NCBI RefSeq assembly: GCF_000430765.1
Contig: NZ_AUMQ01000029.1
Coordinates: 36,551-60,550, forward strand
Source of the DNA: Peribacillus kribbensis DSM 17871
GTDB taxonomy: Bacteria; Bacillota; Bacilli; Bacillales; DSM-1321
Direction of reading: 5' to 3'
DNA length: 24,000 bases
Positions 16,669 through 24,000 of this stretch are shown here, piece by piece. A program made the translations under genes and the position numbers. A model generated the notes under the pieces. It searched no databases and was not told the DNA's origin. It saw nothing but the letters and a program-made list of their open reading frames with translations. Within the stretch, counting starts at the first letter, position 1, and each line of letters begins with the position of its first letter.

Positions 16669-16719
16669 ATTATATTCACCGTTAGGTAATATGTCAAATA
16701 AATGTTAGGTTTTCTTACA
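16669..16719 (-). promoter_or_regulatory. glnRA promoter with two GlnR/TnrA operators
   Basis: Minus strand reads TTGACA (16697-16692), a 17-nt spacer, then TATAAT (16674-16669). Operator O1, TGTAAGAAAACCTAACA (16719-16703), is a perfect TGTNA-N7-TNACA match. Operator O2, TGACATATTACCTAACG (16696-16680), overlaps the -35. The arrangement matches B. subtilis glnRA. Confidence 0.85.
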
Positions 16720-16902
16720 TTATTTTTTCTTCGTGTTAACGTGTTTATTATCGGTTGCTTCTAAAGAAAAAAATAGGTATCGCAGCTGCTTTTCCATTGG
16801 TAATAAAGATTCTTCTAAGAAAAGGCGTCGTTTATGCCGGGAACAAAAAGTACCGCCCCTCCTGGAGGATTCAGCAGTAGAGACGGCATCATGACGACCC
16901 TA

Positions 16903-18165
16903 TTATATAAATCCTTTTTCCATTAAATCATCCAAAGCGGTCAGCACAGCAATTTTGACATGTGAATAGGTCAGGCCGCCCTGTACGTAAGCTGTATATG
17001 GAGCTCTTAAAGGTCCATCCGCTGTCAGTTCAATGCTGGCTCCCTGGATGAAGGTCCCCGCTGCCATTATTACATCGTCCTCATATCCCGGCATATAATT
17101 GGGATATGGAGTCACATGTGAATTGACAGGGGATGCATACTGGACAGCCTGGCAGAATGCCACCATCTTGTCCCGGTCATCGAATTGGACAGATTGAATC
17201 AAATCGGTACGTTTCGCATCCCAAGACGGATGTGTGTTCATTCCCAGCTCATCCAGCACCGCAGAAGTAAAAATGGCACCCTTGACTGCCTGTCCGGCTA
17301 CATGGGGGGCGAGGAAGAATCCCTGGTACATTTCCTGCAGCGTGTACAGCGATGCCCCTGCTTCAGCCCCGATACCAGGGGATGTCAAACGGTAAGAGCA
17401 GGCTTCGACCAAGTCCTTCTTCCCGACAATATAGCCCCCTGTTTTGGCCAGGCCGCCTCCCGGATTTTTAATGAGAGACCCTGCCATAAGATCAGCCCCG
17501 ACATGACACGGCTCCCGGTCTTCCACAAATTCTCCGTAGCAATTATCGACAAAAACAATCACATCAGGCTTGATTTCTTTTACAAATGAAATCATTTCTG
17601 AAATCTGTTCAATGGTAAAGGACGGGCGGTTTGCATATCCTTTTGAACGCTGAATGCCAATCATTTTCGTCTCGGGCTTGATCCGGTCTTTCAATGCCTC
17701 ATAATCGACAATGCCATCCCGGGTTAAATCAATGGCCGAATAACCGATATTGAATTCCTTCAGTGAACCGACGCCATTTCCTCTGATCCCCACGATTTCC
17801 TCCAGGGTGTCATATGGCCTTCCTGTTATATAAAGAAGTTCATCTCCCGGCCGCAGCACGCCAAAAAGGACGGTGGAAATGGCATGTGTGCCCGAGATGA
17901 TCTGCGGCCTGACCAGCCCCGACTCTCCTCCGAACACATCGGCATAGACTGACTCAAGGGTATCACGCCCTGCGTCATCGTAGCCGTATCCAGTCGAAGG
18001 AATGAAGTGCGAATCACTTACTTTATGCTTCTGAAAGCTCTTCAGGACACGGAACTGATTGGCATCAATCATTTCATCCGCCTTTTTGTGGAACGGGATA
18101 ATTTTTTTCTCTATTTGTTCTGCAAGCTGTTTAAGCTTCTCGCTGTTTTTTAAATACTCGTACAT
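16903..18165 (-). CDS. ynbB: YnbB, PLP-dependent Cys/Met-metabolism-like protein (aluminium-resistance protein family)
   Basis: 420-aa ORF collinear with B. subtilis ynbB, between hflX/ynbA and glnR. The family assignment is from memory of the conserved operon. Confidence 0.8.
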   Translation of the reverse strand: MYEYLKNSEKLKQLAEQIEKKIIPFHKKADEMIDANQFRVLKSFQKHKVSDSHFIPSTGYGYDDAGRDTLESVYADVFGGESGLVRPQIISGTHAISTVLFGVLRPGDELLYITGRPYDTLEEIVGIRGNGVGSLKEFNIGYSAIDLTRDGIVDYEALKDRIKPETKMIGIQRSKGYANRPSFTIEQISEMISFVKEIKPDVIVFVDNCYGEFVEDREPCHVGADLMAGSLIKNPGGGLAKTGGYIVGKKDLVEACSYRLTSPGIGAEAGASLYTLQEMYQGFFLAPHVAGQAVKGAIFTSAVLDELGMNTHPSWDAKRTDLIQSVQFDDRDKMVAFCQAVQYASPVNSHVTPYPNYMPGYEDDVIMAAGTFIQGASIELTADGPLRAPYTAYVQGGLTYSHVKIAVLTALDDLMEKGFI

Positions 18166-18179
18166 TCCAGGTGCTCCTT

Positions 18180-19442
18180 TTACTCTTGTGAATAGTTCTT
18201 CAGCATTCCCGAGAGAGGATGATCACTGAGGCAGTAGCCTCTGCATTCGTACATTTCCTCGGCTTCGATGAACGTCAGTGACCGAAGGATGCTTTCATTC
18301 TTCAGCTGGGCCAGGATTTTCCCTTCGCCCGATGGCAGCATTACATGATAAGGCTCCATAGCCTGAATAACCTGTTCCTCGATCTGCGCTTTAAGCCTAT
18401 CCCTATCCTCAGGGTCAAGGGCGCTTATCAGGAGGGATTTCCCCTTTGAAACAGGAACGAAATCCTGGTGCTGCTGATCTCTTTTGTTATACACGGTAAG
18501 CTGCGGGATTTTATCTGCCTCAAGATCCTCCAGCAGCCCATTGACTGTTTTCTCATGGTTAAAATAGTCCGGATTGGACGAATCCACGATATGTAGAAGC
18601 AAATCTGCCTCCTTCGTTTCCTCAAGCGTTGAACGGAATGCGGCAATCAAGGAGGTAGGCAGGTCCTGGATAAATCCTACTGTATCAGTCAGGAGCACGG
18701 TATATCCGCTTGGCAGGACCACTTTCCTCGTTGTTGGATCAAGGGTAGCAAACAGAAGATCTTCTTCAAATGTGCCCGCCTCTGTCAATCGATTGAACAA
18801 TGTGGATTTGCCAGCATTCGTATAGCCCACAAGGGCAGCCTGAAAGGTCTTATTTCTCTTTCTTCTGTCGCGGTAGCGCTCGCGGTGGTGGACAATGGAC
18901 GCCAGCTGCCCTTTGATATCATCCAGGCGCCTTCTGATGTGGCGCCGGTCGGTTTCAAGCTTCGTTTCACCCGGCCCCCTTGTCCCGATCCCTCCTCCGA
19001 GACGGGATAATTCAATTCCTTTTCCAACGAGACGCGGAAGCAGATACTGCAGCTGCGCAAGCTCTACCTGGAGCTTCCCTTCCCTTGATTGGGCTCTCTG
19101 GGCAAAAATATCCAAAATCAGCTGGGTCCTGTCGATCACCCTCGCCTCCAGAATTCCGGAAAGATTCCGGATCTGGCTGGGGGTCAATTCATCATTAAAG
19201 ATAATAACATCCGGCTCAAGCTCTTCCTCCAGGGTTTTTAATTCTTCCACCTTGCCTTTCCCGATATAAGTCGCAGGATGGGCACGGTCTCTTTTTTGGG
19301 AAATGGTAATCAGTACTTCTCCTTGAGCAGTCTTAGTCAAAGAAGCAAGCTCTTCAAGAGAATATTCAAATTTTAAGTCATCATCAGTAAATTGACATCC
19401 GACCAAAATGGCACGTTCTTTTGGATTTTGGTTTTGTTCCAA
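18180..19442 (-). CDS. hflX: GTPase HflX (YnbA)
   Basis: 420 aa with a TTG start. It has the HflX N-terminal domain. GTPase motifs: G1 [10 protein letters not shown]3 DTVGF, G4 NKRD. Confidence 0.93.
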   Translation of the reverse strand: MEQNQNPKERAILVGCQFTDDDLKFEYSLEELASLTKTAQGEVLITISQKRDRAHPATYIGKGKVEELKTLEEELEPDVIIFNDELTPSQIRNLSGILEARVIDRTQLILDIFAQRAQSREGKLQVELAQLQYLLPRLVGKGIELSRLGGGIGTRGPGETKLETDRRHIRRRLDDIKGQLASIVHHRERYRDRRKRNKTFQAALVGYTNAGKSTLFNRLTEAGTFEEDLLFATLDPTTRKVVLPSGYTVLLTDTVGFIQDLPTSLIAAFRSTLEETKEADLLLHIVDSSNPDYFNHEKTVNGLLEDLEADKIPQLTVYNKRDQQHQDFVPVSKGKSLLISALDPEDRDRLKAQIEEQVIQAMEPYHVMLPSGEGKILAQLKNESILRSLTFIEAEEMYECRGYCLSDHPLSGMLKNYSQE

Positions 19443-19702
19443 AGGCGGTTACTTCCTTCCAATATATAGTCCGGACTTAAAGCCCACTGTATGGTTACAA
19501 TCCTTCATCTAACCGAATAAAACCTGTTTCTAGAACATCATACCAAAAGTAGCGGGAATAAGCGAAAAAGCCAAATTTTTTCTTCCATCTGTATTGTAAA
19601 ATTTTTAAATTCTGATAAAATCAATCTGGTTTACCAAATTAAAAACATATTGAACCGAAACAAGGCTGTCAAATACACTATACCGCAAGAGGATGGATCA
19701 TC

Positions 19703-20323
19703 ATGACATGGGAGTTATTAAGCATCATTGGGACCATTGCCTTCGCAGTGAGCGGGGCTATTGTTGCCATGGAAGAAGAATATGACATCTTGGGTGTTTA
19801 TATATTGGGAATTGTAACCGCCTTCGGGGGAGGAGCGATACGGAACTTATTAATCGGGCTGCCTGTTACTGCCCTCTGGAATCAAAGCACATCCTTTATC
19901 ATCGCCCTGATGTCGATCACCCTTGTCTTCCTTTTTCCGAACAATCTGCTGAAGCATTGGCGGATCTGGGGAAACTTTACGGACGCAATCGGTTTGGCGG
20001 CTTTTGCGATTCAAGGGGCATTATACGCGGTGAAGATGCAGATGCCGCTAAGCGGGATTATTGTCGCCGCTGTATTAACAGGAAGCGGAGGAGGAATTAT
20101 CCGCGACCTCCTGGCAGGAAGAAAGCCGCTCGTATTCAAGGATGAAATTTACGCGGTGTGGGCGATCCTGTGCGGTGCCCTGATCGGCTGGGGATTGGCC
20201 GAAAAACCGTGGGAGCTCTACTTCTTATTTCTGGCTATTACTCTGCTCAGAATTCTTTCTTATAAATATAAATGGCGTCTCCCTTACCGGGCTTACTCAA
20301 AAAAAGAGAGGCTGTCTCCCTAA
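19703..20323 (+). CDS. UPF0126 (TRIC-like / YvgT-YadS family) membrane protein
   Basis: 206-aa polytopic ORF with AGAGGATGG upstream. It has two internal repeats, each with the glycine-rich motif (AFGGGAIRNLL and GSGGGIIRDLL). Confidence 0.8.
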   Translation: MTWELLSIIGTIAFAVSGAIVAMEEEYDILGVYILGIVTAFGGGAIRNLLIGLPVTALWNQSTSFIIALMSITLVFLFPNNLLKHWRIWGNFTDAIGLAAFAIQGALYAVKMQMPLSGIIVAAVLTGSGGGIIRDLLAGRKPLVFKDEIYAVWAILCGALIGWGLAEKPWELYFLFLAITLLRILSYKYKWRLPYRAYSKKERLSP

Positions 20324-20354
20324 AGAAACAGCCCCCTTCCTATTTAAGTCCTGA

Positions 20355-20600
20355 TTAAAGGACATCCTGCCTTACAAACGTCATGATTGCCTCGGGATCA
20401 AAGCCCAATACCCAATTCCCATTTATATTAATCTGGGGTACTCCCATCTGCCCGGTTTCCTCCACCAGGCGCTGTGCTGCCTCTACATCTTCCTGAACAT
20501 TAATTTCTTTGTACTCAAGCCCCTGATCGTTTAAAAAATTCTTGGCATGAATGCAGTAAGGGCAGGTATTGGTTGTATAGACCGTTATACTGTTATCCAT
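20355..20600 (-). CDS. Glutaredoxin-like protein (CPYC, YruB/NrdH-like small redoxin)
   Basis: ATG 20600 has AGGAGG 7 nt upstream; the track ORF extends to 20660. Sequence: MDNSITVYTTNTCPYCIHAKNFL...GVPQININGNWVLGFDP. It starts only 19 nt after the spoVK stop, with no terminator in between. Confidence 0.85.
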   Translation of the reverse strand: MDNSITVYTTNTCPYCIHAKNFLNDQGLEYKEINVQEDVEAAQRLVEETGQMGVPQININGNWVLGFDPEAIMTFVRQDVL

Positions 20601-20619
20601 ATCTCTTCCTCCTTTAACT

Positions 20620-21576
20620 TTAACTGCTCTCTTCTTCCATTTCCAATGAAAGATCCACACTCCGAAGGGTCAATAGTTCCGTTTTATCAAAGCTGTCTCC
20701 AAGAAGAATCCTCATGGCCTGAGCCCGGATGGCTTTCTCGATAATATTGCGGATATACCTGCCATTTGAAAAAGTAATGGGATTCACTACATTTTTGACA
20801 TAAGCTAAATGGGATGTGAGTTTTCTTTCAGCATCCGAACTCAATATATACTCCTTTTCCCCCAGCATTTTATGTGCGATTTCCATCAGCTCAGGTATGG
20901 AGTAGTCCGGAAAGTCGACCACAATGGGAAATCTGGAATGCAAACCTGGATTCAGGGACAAAAAGAACGACATTTCCCTTGAATAACCGGCCAGGATCAG
21001 AACAAATTCATGCTGCCTGTCTTCCATATGCTTCACAAGCGTATCGATGGCTTCCTTGCCAAAGTCCTTTTCCCCGCCGCGGCCAAGGGAGTACGCTTCG
21101 TCAATAAACAGGATTCCCCCAATGGCTTTCTTAATCAAATCTCTCGTCTTCTGTGCTGTGTGGCCGATATATTCTCCTACAAGATCAGCTCTCTCGGCTT
21201 CAATTAGATGCCCCTTCGACAAAACATTCATCTGATGAAATAGTTTACCGATTAATCGTGCTACTGTGGTTTTACCCGTTCCTGGATTCCCTTTAAACAT
21301 CATATGAAGAGACTGCTTTTCTGCCTTCAGGCCGCTTTCTTCCCTTTTTTTGTTTACGTAGATCCAGGCATAGATTTCTTTTATCATTCTTTTCATTTCA
21401 TTCATTCCCACTAGAGCACCCAATTCATTTTCCAATTCTAGCAGCGGGGCGTGCTTCAGCGGGAGAACCTCCGCTTCCATGCGGGACGGTATCTCTTTTT
21501 TTATGGCTTTCCTCTTTTGCCCGTTAAGTACAATATTAATCTGTCCGTTATTTTTCATCCGGAAAGGCTGCTCCAC
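20620..21576 (-). CDS. spoVK: Stage V sporulation protein K (AAA+ ATPase)
   Basis: Walker A GNPGTGKTT and Walker B GILFIDEAY. YKNNGQINI-type N-terminus plus ALVGMNEMKRMIKEIYAWIYVNKKR, as in B. subtilis SpoVK. The preferred start is GTG 21576, with GAGGTG 6 nt upstream and a length matching B. subtilis. The longest ORF reaches ATG 21642, which sits inside a hairpin (21634-21653). Confidence 0.9.
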   Translation of the reverse strand: MEQPFRMKNNGQINIVLNGQKRKAIKKEIPSRMEAEVLPLKHAPLLELENELGALVGMNEMKRMIKEIYAWIYVNKKREESGLKAEKQSLHMMFKGNPGTGKTTVARLIGKLFHQMNVLSKGHLIEAERADLVGEYIGHTAQKTRDLIKKAIGGILFIDEAYSLGRGGEKDFGKEAIDTLVKHMEDRQHEFVLILAGYSREMSFFLSLNPGLHSRFPIVVDFPDYSIPELMEIAHKMLGEKEYILSSDAERKLTSHLAYVKNVVNPITFSNGRYIRNIIEKAIRAQAMRILLGDSFDKTELLTLRSVDLSLEMEEESS

Positions 21577-21810
21577 TTGTCTCACCTCTCGATCCTGTAT
21601 ATCGAATAAATGGGGCTTTTTCTTTTGACGCCTGCCTGTCATGTTAGACAGGCGGCCCCTGCACTTTCGCTATCCAGCTTTTTAATCTGCATGTTTCTAC
21701 AAATATATTAAGGAATGTCATATTTTGCGCTTTCCCAGAAAATAATCCCTCTTCCTATAGATATTCAACTTAAAGTTATAACAGTATCAAATATTAAAAA
21801 AACTAACCAT

Positions 21811-21871
21811 AAAAAAAGCAGGTGCTTCCTGGCCTCAGGTACATTGTACCGAGAACCTGGTGAACACCTGC
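21811..21871 (-). terminator. Terminator of hfq
   Basis: A long imperfect hairpin closed by GCAGGTG (21818-21824) / CACCTGC (21865-21871), followed on the minus strand by TTTTTTT (21817-21811). Confidence 0.75.
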
Positions 21872-21891
21872 CTGCAGACATTTTTTGTTTT

Positions 21892-22128
21892 TTAAGATTC
21901 CTTGCCTTCGAAATCTATTTGAACATTCCTTTGCGGCGCAAAGGTTGAAATGGCATGTTTATAGACCAGCTGCTGTTTGCCTTCACTTTCAAACAATACT
22001 GTAAAGTTATCGAAGCCTTTGATTTGGCCTCTGATCTGAAATCCATTTAATAAAAAGACAGTTACATATGTACTTTCTTTTCTAAGTACATTTAAAAATT
22101 GATCCTGGATATTTACGGATTGCTTCAT
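21892..22128 (-). CDS. hfq: RNA chaperone Hfq
   Basis: 78 aa with GAGGAGG 8 nt upstream. Sm1 and Sm2 motifs are present ([32 protein letters not shown]). Confidence 0.96.
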   Translation of the reverse strand: MKQSVNIQDQFLNVLRKESTYVTVFLLNGFQIRGQIKGFDNFTVLFESEGKQQLVYKHAISTFAPQRNVQIDFEGKES

Positions 22129-22157
22129 GAATATGTCCTCCTCTATTCTCTCTATTG

Positions 22158-23108
22158 TTATCTATTCGCCTTTATTTTCAGCTTTCCTGCAATAAATGCG
22201 GATATTTCCTCAACTTTTTTCTCGAAACTGACGGGAGTTCCCATTTCAAACCAGGTGACATCCAGCTTGTTGCGGAACCAGGTCAGCTGCCGTTTCGCGT
22301 ATCTCCGGGAATTTTGTTTCAAGCTTTCTACTGCGTCCTCAAATGAGGATTTTCCATCAAGATAAGCATACAGCTCCTTATAACCAATCGCCTGAATGGA
22401 CTGGCAGTCCCTTAAGTCTGCCTGATATAAAGCTGACACTTCATCAAGGAGTCCCAAATCCATCATCATGTCCACCCGGTCGTTGATCCTCTGATAAAGC
22501 ATATCTCTATCCATATCAAGGCCGATGATCGAAGCATCGTATTTCAGTTCCCGGGGCTGATCCTCCATCTGCTCGCTCATCGTTTTTCCCGTGCAATGGT
22601 AAATCTCCAGGGCACGTATGATCCGCCTTGTATTTTGATAAGGAATCCGCCCTGCGCTTGCAGGATCAATTTCCTTCAGCAGCTCATACACGGCTTCTGG
22701 ACCCTCTTTCTCTGCCTTTTGTTCAAGAGAGCACCTGTATTTTTCATCACTTGGAGTTTCGGGAAATTGATATCCGTAAAGGACGGATTGTATGTATAGC
22801 CCTGTTCCCCCGGCAATGATGGGGAGCTTCCCGCGGCCGGCTATATCTGCTATCAATGAGCTTGCCAGGCTTTGGAACTCTGCAGCATTAAAGCTTTCAC
22901 CCGGATTTTTAATATCTATGAGATGATGGGGGATGCCCATCATTTCCTCTGAAGTAATTTTGGCTGTACCTATGTCCAATCCTTTATAGATCTGCATAGA
23001 ATCACCGCTGATGATTTCTCCATTGAAGCGGTGCGCCAGCTCGACGCTCAGCCTGGTTTTCCCGACAGCAGTCGGTCCGATAATGACTAATAATTTTTCC
23101 TTTTCCAA
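22158..23108 (-). CDS. miaA: tRNA dimethylallyltransferase MiaA
   Basis: 316 aa with a TTG start. P-loop GPTAVGKT and [15 protein letters not shown]. It lies directly upstream of hfq, as in B. subtilis. Confidence 0.95.
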   Translation of the reverse strand: MEKEKLLVIIGPTAVGKTRLSVELAHRFNGEIISGDSMQIYKGLDIGTAKITSEEMMGIPHHLIDIKNPGESFNAAEFQSLASSLIADIAGRGKLPIIAGGTGLYIQSVLYGYQFPETPSDEKYRCSLEQKAEKEGPEAVYELLKEIDPASAGRIPYQNTRRIIRALEIYHCTGKTMSEQMEDQPRELKYDASIIGLDMDRDMLYQRINDRVDMMMDLGLLDEVSALYQADLRDCQSIQAIGYKELYAYLDGKSSFEDAVESLKQNSRRYAKRQLTWFRNKLDVTWFEMGTPVSFEKKVEEISAFIAGKLKIKANR

Positions 23109-23206
23109 CTTCCTTCACTGCCTAACTATCTTTTTCCCTATCTTACCATACTATTTTAAAGCAATTGAACATTTAACCATTATAGTTAAATATCTCTGGT
23201 TTTATA

Positions 23207-23231
23207 CAGGGAAGTCAAAAAAACTTCCCTG
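23207..23231 (-). terminator. Hairpin downstream of the HxlR-type gene (probable terminator, no clean U-tract)
   Basis: A perfect 9-bp stem, CAGGGAAGT / ACTTCCCTG, with a 7-nt A-rich loop. It lies 40 nt after the stop at 23271. Confidence 0.5.
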
Positions 23232-23270
23232 ATTGTATTACCCTGTTTCAAATGAGCGAAAACATGAAAT

Positions 23271-23639
23271 TTATTTAAGCTGTTCATTCAGGATACTGTC
23301 TTCTAATACGGAAAATTTATCTCCATACACCTTTGTAATGTGAGTGGCTCCCCATGCACACAGCGAATCCAGGATTCCTTCTAAGCTCTCTCCGTATTCG
23401 CTCAATTCATATTCGACCTTCGGCGGGACCTGGTTATACACAATCCGGTTGATGATGCCGTCCTCCTCAAGCTCCCGGAGCTGCTGGGTAAGCATTTTTT
23501 GGGTAATCCCTGGCATCAGCCTCTTCAGCTCGCTGGTCCGTTTTTTACCTTGCGTCAAGTGGCAGAGAATCACACATTTCCATTTGCCTCCGATTACCTC
23601 TAGGGTTGCTTCGACCGATATATTATATTTTTTCGACAT
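23271..23639 (-). CDS. HxlR-family winged-helix transcriptional regulator
   Basis: 122 aa with the HxlR pattern VIGGKWKCVILCHL..GKKRTSELKRLMPGITQKMLTQQLRELEEDGIINRIVYNQVPPKVEYELSEYG. Confidence 0.88.
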   Translation of the reverse strand: MSKKYNISVEATLEVIGGKWKCVILCHLTQGKKRTSELKRLMPGITQKMLTQQLRELEEDGIINRIVYNQVPPKVEYELSEYGESLEGILDSLCAWGATHITKVYGDKFSVLEDSILNEQLK

Positions 23640-23836
23640 CGTCTTTCGATCTCCTTTATTAAGGCACTTAAAAGTACCTATAGAACTTTTTGGTTCCTAT
23701 AGCACAAAAAAGTGCGTACTTTTCTATTTCACCTTTATATCCCATAATAACAGTTGCCGTCCAAAAATGGCTATATTTTTTTATCATTGACGTTCAGACG
23801 GCTGCACATACTAAAGATCATACTAGGAGGAATTAT

Positions 23837-24000
23837 CATGTCCATCAATAAGAAAAGGAGTACCCTTGCTCTTCTGGCCCTCGCTGTTTCAGCTTTTGCC
23901 ATCGGAACGACAGAATTCATCAGCGTCGGCCTTCTGCCGCTGATCGCGAGGGATTTAAATATATCTGTCACCACTGCAGGGCTTACCGTTTCCATGTATG
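23837..24000 (+). CDS. MFS transporter (DHA1/YdhP-like), C-terminus beyond window
   Basis: AGGAGG lies 7 nt upstream of ATG 23837. The N-terminus MSINKKRSTLALLALAVSAFAIGTTEFISVGLLPLIARDLNISVTTAGLTVSMY is typical of DHA1-type MFS proteins. It is divergent from the HxlR regulator. Confidence 0.8.

Noticed and set aside
20601-20660. N-terminal extensions in the ORF track: glutaredoxin 20601-20660 overlapping spoVK, ABC chain 2 6974-7039, ynzC 12452-12505, yneB 13168-13185, ccdB 3785-3802, lexA 13677-13688 and spoVK 21577-21642.
   Set aside because: Internal start codons have much better RBS spacing and give N-termini matching the B. subtilis homologs. The extensions are intergenic or overlap-frame read-through.

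Overview
This window looks like a conserved core-chromosome segment of an endospore-forming Bacillaceae genome. All calls were made by eye from motifs and from my memory of B. subtilis proteins; no database search was run. Gene order is collinear with the B. subtilis 168 neighbourhood, mostly on the minus strand: ccdC-ccdB-ccdA / ynzD / yneF / sirA / tkt / ynzC-yneB-yneA <> lexA / glnA-glnR-ynbB-hflX(ynbA) / spoVK / hfq-miaA. Several blocks appear lineage-specific relative to B. subtilis:
- an orphan PTS EIICB transporter next to a cold-shock gene
- a heterodimeric ABC exporter pair
- a UPF0126/TRIC-like membrane protein
- a small CPYC glutaredoxin-like gene tightly coupled to spoVK
- a decayed alpha/beta-hydrolase relic between lexA and glnA
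- a divergent HxlR-regulator/MFS pair
I found no tRNA or rRNA, CRISPR array, transposase or integrase, prophage genes, or recognisable defence or toxin-antitoxin modules. I therefore do not think a large undescribed multi-gene system is hidden here; the region is largely ordinary. The most check-worthy observations are small-scale:
1. A perfect TnrA/GlnR-type box (TGTNA-N7-TNACA) abuts the -35 of the PTS promoter.
2. A roughly 250-nt terminator-flanked orphan segment (2042-2292) carries a 10-bp direct repeat, alternative stems and an SD-preceded 56-codon TTG ORF.
3. A small basic ORF reads through a strong intrinsic-terminator-like hairpin.
4. The SOS-controlled yneA-yneB-ynzC operon has 3-4 Cheo boxes and a resolvase-like YneB that still looks catalytically intact.
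5. The ABC heterodimer has a clear consensus/degenerate ATP-site asymmetry.
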